A stretch of 63,292 bases of DNA, filler included, from Thraustochytrium aureum (lineage: Eukaryota): NCBI GenBank assembly GCA_012862495.1. It is 3 parts of one record of this genome, joined end to end, with 100 filler letters (N's around TTAATTAATTAA, not from the genome) between each part and the next. Parts side by side here need not be neighbours in the genome. Positions count along the whole stretch, not along the records: positions 38,086 to 63,292 come from BLSG01000335.1; 2 more parts are not named here. One strand, given 5' to 3'. Positions 53,728 to 63,292 of the stretch are shown one piece after another. The notes beneath the pieces are model-generated. The model had not been told where the DNA came from and searched no databases. It saw only the letters and a list, made by a program, of their open reading frames with translations. The translations under genes and the position numbers were made by a program. The first letter of the stretch is position 1. Each line of letters starts with the position of its first letter.

Positions 53728-56592
53728 ATGAGGGCTTTCCACGCGCTCGTGGGCGCCACGGTCCTCGCAATAGCAGTGGAGCCCGTTTCAGGCGTTGACG
53801 GGGGTTTGTGGCTGGTCATGCCGCACATCCCGCACAAAGGCCTGCGCAAGCTGCCCGAGGGGAAGAAGCGCATTGAAAGCGCTATGTCGATTCAGCTACA
53901 AAAGTCAGAGCTGAGCTGGACGGAGACGGACGACGGCAGCGTGAACATTCCGCTCCTGCTACCGACGGAAGAAGAGGTCGTCTTTAAGATGCATCGCAGC
54001 GACGTGATGCACCCAGACTTGCAACTCAAGTTCCCAGACATTCGGACCTACAGCGGGCCGAGCGTCAACTTTTCTCGCCAGCTTCACGCTGAGCTTGATT
54101 TCTCCCCCGACGGAGGCATCCACGCGCAGATTTTTGACGGGGGGGAGATTTACTACATTGACCCATACGACCTCGAGTTCGATGAGTACAAGGTCTACGG
54201 CAGAAATTCCATCAAATCCCTGCAAGACTGGGACTGCGGCCACGTTGAACCCGTTGGCCAGGCGGGAGCAGGGGAGGCTGCCCACAGCCACGGCGACCAC
54301 GACGGCCTCTTCAAGTCGTCGCGAGTGGCGAAAATGTCAAACACGATTCGTTACAAGTTCACCATCGCGATTTCGACCAGCAAACAGTACAGCAATTACC
54401 ACGGTGGTACTGCCCTCTCAACCATGGCCGCAGTTGTGACCACGATGTCCCGCGTGAACGGGATCTACAAGCGAGAATTCGGCATTTTTTTCCAGCTCCA
54501 TCCTGAAAACGACAAGCTCCTGTGCACCACGGACGTTTCTTGCAGCCTGCCCAACGATTCGAGGGTGCTGGATGTACACAAGGGCTTCATCCAAGACAAG
54601 GGGATCGCTTCATCAACCTACGACCTTGGCCACGTCTTCACCACAAGCTCTGGCGGAGCCGCATACCTTGGTTCGCTTTGCAACTCGTACAAGCATGGCG
54701 GGTACACAGGACTGTCCATGCCAGAAGGCGACAAATTCTCTGTTGATTATGTCAGCCACGAGCTGGGCCACCAACTCTACGGCAAGCACACGTACTCCAA
54801 TTGTGCTGGGAGCTACCCATCGGGCAGCTCGCCAGTCGAGCCAGGGTCTGGCACCACCATCATGGGCTATGCTGGAATTTGCTCAGGGACCAACATTCAG
54901 ATGAGCAGCGACCCAATGTTTCACTCCATCAATCTCGAGGAAATGCTAACGTTCATTGAGGGTCAGGTTGCGAGGGGGTGCGGCTCGAGCGAGGATCCTA
55001 GTGTCCTCGCGCCTGCCGTGACCTTTCCCTCGACGTGCGTCGTGCCGGCCGGGTCGTACTTTAACCTCGCCTTCGGGGAGCCAGAGGAAGGCAGGTTCTT
55101 CACCATCGAGCCGGTTACGAAAGAGGCAAGTTTGCTGGGCCACACTGACCGCACCCGGCCCCGGTTCCGGGCGCGCGTCCCGTCCGACATGGCTAGCCGC
55201 AGCTTCCCCAACTTTTACTACATTCTCAACAACATGGTCGAAACGGCCATTGATGAGATCGTTCCCAGCACGGCCGTGGAAATCGTCTTCCGCGGCACCG
55301 TGCGGTCACACTTCAGCAAGACGGAGCTTGTCGGGCAGGACGGCCTCGCTGACTCTGGCTACGGGACATGGTCCTACAGCGACGCTGTTGTCCAATTTGT
55401 GACGTCTGCATCGCCGCTCTCCATCACCAGCGCCATCCCACAGTCTGCAAACATTCCCTTTACCCTTACCTGGAATACTGGCAACTCGGCCTCGCTCTCG
55501 CCGACCGTCAAAATCATGGCTGCTGTAACGCCGTCATGGGGATCTATCGGCGACATGCGAGAGTTGGAGTGGATTTTGGCAGCAGAGACGGATAACGACG
55601 GCGAGGCCACCGTGACTCTTCCGTCCTTGCCCGGTGGCGCTGGGGTTTCGGACATTCTGCTCATGGTTCGCTCCTCAGACGACCTCTGCTACTTTTTCGA
55701 TGTCGTACGCATAACCGGGTTCAAAAACGGAACGCCTGCCCCCACGGCGTCGCCTTTGCCGCATCCGACAGGCTCGCCTACAACTGCGACGCCGAGTGCG
55801 TCGCCAACAACTGGGAGCCCGTCGACTTCACCAACGGCAGAGCCCACGAAAACGCCGACGCCCGCTCCAACGCGATCGCCTATCTCGCGCGAAGATTGGG
55901 AGAAGCAGAATGCGGTGTGCCGCAGTAGCAAAACCGCAAAGAAATGCAGCACGCGGAGCAACATCTGCAGGTGGGGTGGCAAGCTGTGCGAGAGCGTAGT
56001 TCCTGTCCCTCCATCCCCCTCGCCGACTTTGGCCCCAACGAGCTCGCCAACACCACCAACTCCATCGCCAACGATGGCGCCAATCACGCGTGGCGAATGG
56101 CTCTCACAGGAGAAGGCGTGCAATAAGAACCGCAACGAGGGCAAATGCAGGAAGCGCTCGGCCAAGTGCTTGTGGTCGGGGACACGGTGCGCTTCTATCG
56201 CGCCTGAGCCCCCAACGTTTGCTCCGACAGCTGCACCGACACTGCCGCCAACGCCGCCGACAAGCGCTCCAACGAGTGCACCTTCGTCTGCGCCGACAAC
56301 CTACGAGATGAAGTACGACGAGGAAGTGGTATTCTGTCAAGAATTGCCAGATCGCAGTGCATGCGTCAAAGCTCGCTTCGACACAGGCAAAAAGCGATGC
56401 CTATATCGCGGCGGCGCCTGCTTGACAAGATTGGGCGCGCCGCCAACGCCGAGGCCCACGAAGGCGCCCACGACCGAGAGCCAAGGGCGGGATTTTGATG
56501 ACCTCTGCCGCTCATTCAACAAGAAAAAGTCTCAGTGCAAGAACGCTGGCTGCCGCTACGCTGACAGATCAAAGCTGTGCACCTCACCGTGA
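53728..56592 (+). CDS. Second secreted M12B/reprolysin-like metalloprotease (paralog of 48170..50686)
   Basis: Signal peptide MRAFHALVGATVLAIAV, LQLKFPDIRTYSG, HELGHQLYGKH, EPGSGTTIMGYAGIC, PT-rich linkers and Cys modules. Confidence 0.92.
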   Translation: MRAFHALVGATVLAIAVEPVSGVDGGLWLVMPHIPHKGLRKLPEGKKRIESAMSIQLQKSELSWTETDDGSVNIPLLLPTEEEVVFKMHRSDVMHPDLQLKFPDIRTYSGPSVNFSRQLHAELDFSPDGGIHAQIFDGGEIYYIDPYDLEFDEYKVYGRNSIKSLQDWDCGHVEPVGQAGAGEAAHSHGDHDGLFKSSRVAKMSNTIRYKFTIAISTSKQYSNYHGGTALSTMAAVVTTMSRVNGIYKREFGIFFQLHPENDKLLCTTDVSCSLPNDSRVLDVHKGFIQDKGIASSTYDLGHVFTTSSGGAAYLGSLCNSYKHGGYTGLSMPEGDKFSVDYVSHELGHQLYGKHTYSNCAGSYPSGSSPVEPGSGTTIMGYAGICSGTNIQMSSDPMFHSINLEEMLTFIEGQVARGCGSSEDPSVLAPAVTFPSTCVVPAGSYFNLAFGEPEEGRFFTIEPVTKEASLLGHTDRTRPRFRARVPSDMASRSFPNFYYILNNMVETAIDEIVPSTAVEIVFRGTVRSHFSKTELVGQDGLADSGYGTWSYSDAVVQFVTSASPLSITSAIPQSANIPFTLTWNTGNSASLSPTVKIMAAVTPSWGSIGDMRELEWILAAETDNDGEATVTLPSLPGGAGVSDILLMVRSSDDLCYFFDVVRITGFKNGTPAPTASPLPHPTGSPTTATPSASPTTGSPSTSPTAEPTKTPTPAPTRSPISREDWEKQNAVCRSSKTAKKCSTRSNICRWGGKLCESVVPVPPSPSPTLAPTSSPTPPTPSPTMAPITRGEWLSQEKACNKNRNEGKCRKRSAKCLWSGTRCASIAPEPPTFAPTAAPTLPPTPPTSAPTSAPSSAPTTYEMKYDEEVVFCQELPDRSACVKARFDTGKKRCLYRGGACLTRLGAPPTPRPTKAPTTESQGRDFDDLCRSFNKKKSQCKNAGCRYADRSKLCTSP

Positions 56593-56651
56593 GGGCAGTT
56601 TTAATTTGACGGCGAACAAAGCCCGCCTGATACCTGTAGACTCCCTGATAA

Positions 56652-57539
56652 TTACCAGCTAGCAGAGAAAGGACGATGAATATGACATTGTGGTTCCCAA
56701 AAGCAGAAAATGGGCCAGGGCAGGGCGCTTGACCGCAGTCGCTGCCAAAGTCGCCTTTGGCTGGAGTGCACCAACACCGCAGCCCCTCTTCCTACAGCAG
56801 AAATCTTGTCAAGCAAGTCTACGGCCGCTTGGTGCGGACGAAACAAGCGGCCTGCGTCCTTGCACACCGCATGCGCAGCAAGCGCATAATCCCAGTCTCG
56901 CTGGTCACCCAAAGGAAGCCAACAACATTTCTCCGGGTGCATCCATTCCAAGCGGGTTGCGGCGCCAATCAAGCCAAGCGCGGCTCGCAGAGAACCAAGA
57001 TCCGCGAGGCATGGGCAACGAGAAATTTCGCGAGCTGAGTGGAAAATGACCTCTCGCACCACACGAACTTCAGCGCCGTAAAGATTGGCAAAGTCTGGAG
57101 AACGGCGTCGGGGAGGGAGAACGGATGTCGCTCCTCGATTTGAGCCCGCCAGAACATACTCGCTCTGAATTGACCTCGAATCGAGCGTCACAGCCTTCAA
57201 CCCGCACGTGAGCATTCCACAGCTACGGGATACAACGAGCTGCTGCTGCTGGCGCTGGACAGCCTGCGCCCCTTTTGCAAACCCTCCAGGAAACGTCGTA
57301 TGCAACAGCGGGGACGCGCGGACGGTTCGCGGCATACTTGGCATGCTCACGAGCTTGGCTGAGCCCCTCTGCGGGCCCGTTGCTTCATCCGCACCGTCGT
57401 CGTGCGTGACGTCCGCCAAGAGCCTCGAGCCACACGACGAATCTACGCATGGCCCGCGTGGCGCCCGCCGCACGACAGTGAGCAGCTTGCCAGGAGCCAT
57501 TCCTCCGTAGCTCTGTTCGCCCTCTGCCGCCAATTGCAA
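56652..57539 (-). CDS. Hypothetical protein
   Basis: 295-aa open frame with no recognised family. Confidence 0.35.
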   Translation of the reverse strand: MQLAAEGEQSYGGMAPGKLLTVVRRAPRGPCVDSSCGSRLLADVTHDDGADEATGPQRGSAKLVSMPSMPRTVRASPLLHTTFPGGFAKGAQAVQRQQQQLVVSRSCGMLTCGLKAVTLDSRSIQSEYVLAGSNRGATSVLPPRRRSPDFANLYGAEVRVVREVIFHSAREISRCPCLADLGSLRAALGLIGAATRLEWMHPEKCCWLPLGDQRDWDYALAAHAVCKDAGRLFRPHQAAVDLLDKISAVGRGAAVLVHSSQRRLWQRLRSSALPWPIFCFWEPQCHIHRPFSASW

Positions 57540-58290
57540 CGCGTCCGACGGAAGGCTCGGGGAAGAACTGTGTTCTGGTCGGTCCGAGGCACGTCACGCA
57601 CCGGATCTACCGGATCTCTAGCACAATCAGACAGCGATACGCCGCGCCGGTAATCCCGCGATGCCGCAGCGCAGCTGAGCGCAACACCAGCGGAGCAAGT
57701 ACCAGAGCAGGCGCTTGGCATTCGCGTTTGGGGACTTTTTCAATCGATTTCAACTCAAGAGGAATCTGACCTGCAAATACATAGACAGGGCAGTGCCGGC
57801 ACGGCTGCGTGGCTCTTGTTCGATGCTCTCTCTCAACCGGCCTCTATGCATGGCCCGATGCGCTTTGAAACTTGTGCCGGCGGTGCCTGCGCTGCGTTCT
57901 TTGGCAAGAGAGCAAACGAGTTGCCACCGCCGCGGATCTTCCATAGCGACGTTGGTGGGTGGGAATCGCCGCGGAGCTGCAAAAGAGACGGCGAGATTGC
58001 CTCGGAAGGGGCGCGGCCCCAGACATTTTCAAATCCGTGCAAGCCTGCGCCAGCTGGCAAGCCGGATCACACCGCCCACCCGTGGCACGGAAAGAGCGCG
58101 TGGCCCTTACCTTGCGTGACGTGAGCGCTCGACGAGAACAGTCGCCCATCGACCTTGCGAGGAAGCAGGAGGACGACGTACCCCTGGCAGCGCTGCGTTC
58201 CTTGGACGAGCTCGCTCTCCCTTGGTTTCACAGGCTGCGCGCGGCTGCCCAGGCTGCGAGACGCGCTGGCACAGCGCAGCGCGCAGCACG

Positions 58291-60242
58291 ATGCGAGTCC
58301 TCATTGTGGACGCGTTCTCCGCGAAGGCAGAGGATAGGCGGCTGTACGAGCTCTTTGAGAAGGCCGTGCACCACGGCCTATCAAAGGTGGATGTAGGCGG
58401 CGTTCAGATCGAGTACGCGGACCGCGGCGAAGTGGGAAGGTACATCTACAAAAGCAGCGAACCGCGAAGTGGCACATCAGGGATGAAAACGTTTGACAGG
58501 CTAGACCTCGTTTTTATTGGGGCGGACGCCGAGCTCCTCCCGTGGGCCCCTGCTGCGAAAGACCTGTTCACGCTAGTCCATATGTGCCATGTGTCGCGGA
58601 AGTGCGTGTTTGGGTCTAGTTCTATGGCAAACTTTTTCGCCATGTGCACCGCTACGAACGGGCTGGAAATTCGCCCTTTGAACGGGCTCGCAGGGTCCCA
58701 ACTGAGCACCATGCAAGCCACAACGCTGGCCGCAATGTGCGGGTGCCCAAACGCGACGTATTTCTCGACTGCGAGACCGGCGACCTATTCAGCTTCGACC
58801 TATACCAGGGCAAGTGGTGCCCATACACCAACGTTGGCATCAAGTTGAAGTCCAAGCAGTTCGCCGCTGTGCACAAGCACGTAGCGCACTCAGTCGCGCC
58901 CCGAGAGAGGCTGTACACGAGCAAAAGCAACGAGGTAGTTTGCAGAGTCTCAACCAAGGCTGTAAGTCACTGGCTCTTCCGCGGTGTGCGCGAACAAGAG
59001 TTTATTGTGCGGTCGAGGCCCACGTGGATGCTGGACGCGACAACCAACCTGCGAAGCCACGAGCCGTACCATGTGCTGGCTGAGAGCAAGTTCGCCCCAC
59101 TCGTGATCAAGTCGCGCAATTTCGTTTGCGCGCAGTTCGATATCAGCCCAGAGTACCCCGTTTCGGTGCAGGTGCTGGAGAATTTTGTCAAGTCGCGCGT
59201 AGCCAAGCTCGTTCACCACGAGTATGTGGACAAGAACGGGGCTCTCTACTTGGCCTTTCACTCGCAGAACGAGGCGGCCACGCAGAGGGTCGCGCTGTCG
59301 CCCCGCGATGGCGCCCGATCGCCCCCGCGCTGGGCCCAGAAGACGCGAGCCAACCTGAACCGCCCGGGCATCGCTGACACGGAGCCCGTATCGCAACCCG
59401 AACTTGCTGCCCCAAGCGATTGCGTCTTCCTGCGCACGTCGCGATCGGAATACAAACTGACGAGGTCCAAGGCCCGTGTCCAGCGCCAGCGCGACACGCG
59501 GCGCCCGGCCTCGGCTGCACTGCGCAAGTCAAACTTTGCTGCGAGTGACACAGCAGAGTTCAAATCTACAGCGTGCGCGCTGGGTCAGACGCGCCGCCTC
59601 GAGTCTGCGCGGCGTCGGCGCAACCAGCAGGTCAAGTTCCCGACCAAGGCGGATCGGCCACAGACTGCCTCGCTGAGCTGCGTACGGAGTTCTGACCACG
59701 AGACGCTGCTGAAGGCGGCGCACAAGCGCATCGACCCGCAGCCCGTGCACGACAAGTTCAACTCGGACAAGATTGCAGTGGAGACTGTGGAACTCCAAAA
59801 GAGACGGCTCGCCAATACGGAAAACCTACGCATCTTCCGGGTCAAGGCGTCGCTCACAATGCGCGTGGCGCGCAGGGGCTCCAACCCGAGCGTCGAAGCG
59901 GCGGAAGCCTGCGCGAAGGCCGCTGAAATTGCAGCAGCCGCTGCAGGCAAGCTTCCGAAAGGACCAGGGCTCGCTGGGGCGAGACCCAAGTCTGCAAAGG
60001 CGAACCGCCTTGCCGACCAAGACCGGCAGGGTTGCGGCGGCCGTTTTCGGCGGGACCCCAGCGCAGCCGAGTTGAAGACTTGCCCGGGGCCGCTTCGGAG
60101 CAAGGAAACCAGGCGGAAGACGGTCCGCGCTTCCAGCCGTTCGTCAAAGTGGCGAGTCAAGCACAGCTCCGCGCGCCGCACCCCGACGTTCTCCGCAAGG
60201 CGCGCAGGGCTGCGGCACAAGCGAGCACCGGATGGTGAATAA
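58291..60242 (+). CDS. Class I glutamine amidotransferase-like fold protein, probably inactive, with basic C-terminal tail (frameshift ~58735)
   Basis: MRVLIVDAF, FDRLDLVFIG..LLPW, KCVFGSS, HWLFRGV, VLAES, AQFDI..VLENFV follow class I GATase motif order. The 3' end is uncertain. Confidence 0.6.
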
Positions 60243-60519
60243 TCAATGGCCAGGTGACGTCGGCACGGAGCAAGAGAGCGCGTCAGGAACGCGCCGGGCG
60301 AGGGTTTCTGCGCAGCGAGCGGGGAAGGGTTTTCGCCGCTCCAGAGACCTCGATCTCGTAAAACAAGAAAAAGTAATAATACTACACCGGGCCGTGACGT
60401 TCTCTACTAGAGGACTAGCTCATTTCTGCAGATCGTTGGCACGTCCTCTGCTTGTTACGGAGCGCTCCGCCCAAAGTCCCGTTCGCCCCCACTGCTCTCG
60501 ACGGATCGAGAGGGCGAGT

Positions 60520-62205
60520 TTAGAGTCGCAGCAGAGGGAGCGCTACCCAGCGGTGCGGAACTCGCTCAGCCACCCTCGCAGCTCGAACTCCTTCTGCGCC
60601 GCTGCTTGCCAGCCCTTGACAGTTTCCCCTGGGAGCGCCCAGCTCTGAGGCAACGAACTCGACCCTGCCCGGAACGCGAAGCCGCACAAGGTCAAAAACG
60701 GTCTCCATGTGGTGCTCCTCGGCCAGCTTGGCCACAAAGCCCGCGTCTTGGACAATTTGCGCAAGCGAACCAGCCGCGACGCTGCGTCGCGCGTCCGTGT
60801 GCCAGCCCAGAGCAGCTTCATCTGTGACAGTCGAGTCCCCGCTGTGGGCCAACGCAGCGAACGCCTGCCCATCCATGTCAGCGACCGACGCGACAGTCTT
60901 GACTCCAGCTTGCTCCAAAACAGCGAGGATCCCGCAATTGCTGTCAACAAGAGCGCTCAATGCCTGGAGGGCTTCCGCTTCTTCGTCCTTGCGCTTCTGC
61001 TGCTTTGAAGGCTGTTGCGTCTCCGCGCCATGGCGGCGCCTCTTGCGCGCCTCAGCAAGTTCCTTGCGCTCCTTGCGCTCCTGAGCGAGACGCTGCGCCG
61101 CTGCTTCAGCTTGTAAGGCCTTGCCAGACTTGGCGCGGCGCCGCGAGCCCAAGAAAGACCAGTCCAACTCGGGCAATAGTGCGCGAAGGGTTGCTTCGAG
61201 CCCTTCTGCCGTCGACTCTGAACCCTGGGACTTGCAGACATCGACCAGCGACCAAAATGTCGCCGGGGAGACCTCTGCCATCTTTTCAGGGCGAACCATC
61301 TCCTGCACTGCAGCAAGCTGCTCGGGGTCGTCGATCGCAAGAATGTACTTTAGCGTCATTCGAAGGGCGTCTTCGCTCATGATCTTGACGCTGTCAGACC
61401 CTTTGGCCCCGCGCGGGCCTCGGCTGTACTCTACGCTCGCCTCCACTCCGTGGGCAGTGCCAGCGCCGCGTTTCTTTACCGTGAACGCGGAGGCGAGTGC
61501 TGCACTATACCGGTCGTTTCCTGCGCGGATCTCATACTGATTGAGGACGGCTTGGCGAGACGCTTTTCGCAGAAACACCGAGACGTTGTCGCGCGGGCCG
61601 CCATTGAACGCGTTGATCAGCTTCTCCGACACGTCTTGCTTGGTCTTTCCGAGCTTTTTCGNNNNNNNNNNNNNNNNNNNNNNNNNNNNNNNNNNNNNNN
61701 NNNNNNNNNNNNNNNNNNNNNNNNNNNNNNNNNNNNNNNNNNNNNNNNNNNNNNNNNNNNNNNNNNNNNNNNNNNNNNNNNNNNNNNNNNNNNNNNNNNN
61801 NNNNNNNNNNNNNNNNNNNNNNNNNNNNNNNNNNNNNNNNNNNNNNNNNNNNNNNNNNNNNNNNNNNNNNNNNNNNNNNNNNNNNNNNNNNNNCTCGTCT
61901 GCTCCAGCTTTGGCTCGCGACTTGCGCGTCCGAGGCATTGTTCCAGATGCGCCAGTTGCGCCAGTTGGCGCGCCATGGACGCGCAAAATGAGCGTGGCAT
62001 TGTTGCCGATGCCGAGCGCGCGAGCTGTCTTGCCGCCCGTGGCGTCCAGGGGCCGCGGCGGGAAACCATCGAGAAGCTCGAAAGTCCCGGGCTCGAGCTC
62101 CAGAGCATCGCCGACCTGGAGGAAGAGGCCGTCTCCGTCTTCGGCGACTTGGATCACCTCTGTATCCGCGCCGCTTGCGCCGGCCCGCACCTTGATCTCG
62201 ATCAT
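60520..62205 (-). CDS. Protein with N-terminal ubiquitin-like (OTU1/UBX-like) domain and uncharacterised helical domain (gapped)
   Basis: MIEIKVR..FELLDGFPPRPL..ALGIGNNATLILRV matches the GFPP UBX/OTU1-UBL signature. A frameshift near 60635 may move the end to 60543. Confidence 0.6.
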   Translation of the reverse strand: MIEIKVRAGASGADTEVIQVAEDGDGLFLQVGDALELEPGTFELLDGFPPRPLDATGGKTARALGIGNNATLILRVHGAPTGATGASGTMPRTRKSRAKAGADEXXXXXXXXXXXXXXXXXXXXXXXXXXXXXXXXXXXXXXXXXXXXXXXXXXXXXXXXXXXXXXXXXXXXXXXXXXXXXXKKLGKTKQDVSEKLINAFNGGPRDNVSVFLRKASRQAVLNQYEIRAGNDRYSAALASAFTVKKRGAGTAHGVEASVEYSRGPRGAKGSDSVKIMSEDALRMTLKYILAIDDPEQLAAVQEMVRPEKMAEVSPATFWSLVDVCKSQGSESTAEGLEATLRALLPELDWSFLGSRRRAKSGKALQAEAAAQRLAQERKERKELAEARKRRRHGAETQQPSKQQKRKDEEAEALQALSALVDSNCGILAVLEQAGVKTVASVADMDGQAFAALAHSGDSTVTDEAALGWHTDARRSVAAGSLAQIVQDAGFVAKLAEEHHMETVFDLVRLRVPGRVEFVASELGAPRGNCQGLASSGAEGVRAARVAERVPHRWVALPLLRL

Positions 62206-62701
62206 GAGTCAGGTGCCTCCAAGCCTTGCTATTGCGGCGCGTCAAGATGCCAGAGACACAGACAGTCTCCACCTGCCTCGCCTCTCCAGCGCGCGTTGGC
62301 CGCCCTCTCTCACGAGCTAGTAGCTAGTGCGCCGCCCTGCTTCGTGGGCCAGCGTTGAGCCCGCCGCGTTCTGGGACTGCCCGCGCCGAAGCTGCAGCAG
62401 GGTTTGCCACCGAGTTCGCCCAACACAGCAGGTCATCGAACAGGCTAGATTTTTTTTTACAGGTACGCAGGCGAACCTCACGAGTCATCAGTGGGTTGTG
62501 CGCGGACTGACTGCGAATGCGCGCGTCGCTCATCCTACCGAACGCGCCCCAGTGTTGAGCGAATCGGCCAGCCGCCGATGGATAGATGGATGGATGGATG
62601 TCGATGGGTTGGGAGGCGGCGCTTGTGGAGGGAGCTTCGGGCCACCATCTACGCTAACAGTTCCGCGCGAAGGCGTGCGCGCAGCGCGCTCCGGCGCTTG
62701 T

Positions 62702-63292
62702 CTAACTGGCTCGCTCGGGGCGAACGCTGCCGTCGCTCTGTTCCAAGCGCACGTACAAGCCATAGTGGTCCGATGCGACGACGCCATCGATTGGCGCTTG
62801 CGCGACGAGGCCGCGCTCGGTACAAACCCACGAGACGCAGGGCGCTTCCGTGGTAGCCCCATGGCTAGTCGATTGTGAGGCCAGTAAGATGTGGTCGAGC
62901 TGCGTGGCGCGCGCAGCGAAAAGGGCGTAGAGAGCGTTTTCCTCCGGCGTTCGCAAGCTCTGCGCCTCCACGCCCGACTCTGCCTGGAGCTGCACGTTGG
63001 GATTCTCAGGGTCCCATGTTGCAAATTCCCCTGCCACCTCGGATGCCTCTGCGCGCGGGGCCATCACCGACTGACTTGCGTCAGTTGGGGTTTCGCTCTT
63101 GCCGCAAAACAAATCGCGGAGCCCGCTGCGACGGAGCAGTTGAACCCTCGGGCGTGCCTTGCGTCGTGTTGAGATCCCCACACAAAACGACGGTGCCAAA
63201 CCGTTGCACCAGGCCGGCTACGAGCTCGGCTGTGGCAGAAGCTTCCTTGAGGCGCACTCGTGTGCTAGCAAGGATGCTGTCTTCCGCCCGCC
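62702..63292 (-). CDS. Endonuclease/exonuclease/phosphatase (EEP) family, C-terminal part
   Basis: FATWDPENP, QLDHILL and ASDHYGLYVRL are terminal EEP motifs; the gene runs off the window end. Confidence 0.8.

Overview
Gene-dense, GC-rich eukaryotic draft sequence with few introns. GT-AG introns carry CTRAC branch points, and several genes are flagellum-associated. The gene set fits a stramenopile such as a labyrinthulomycete/thraustochytrid (inference, not proven). The window has many N gaps, two artificial N-TTAATTAATTAA-N linkers, and frequent single-base frameshifts that are probably sequencing errors. Recognisable genes: TBC Rab-GAP, PhoD phosphatase, PPP1R42-like LRR protein, two divergent MFS transporters, last exon of eIF2-gamma, PDZ plus WRKY19-type zinc-finger array, LRR-FAM194 protein, ZUP1-like peptidase, GNAT, HSL-type hydrolase, TOM1/GPR137-like 7TM protein, ERG8 phosphomevalonate kinase, two reprolysin-like metalloproteases flanking a cytosolic carboxypeptidase, a GATase-like protein, a UBL protein and an EEP nuclease fragment. 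Most unusual: (1) a HopJ-like domain inserted into phosphomevalonate kinase; (2) a ~2000-aa SF2 helicase fused to an AlkA/HhH-GPD DNA glycosylase; (3) a spliced 38-aa metallothionein missed by the ORF track; (4) a PhoD with a transmembrane hairpin inside its catalytic domain. All family calls come from motif recognition by eye; no database searches were run.
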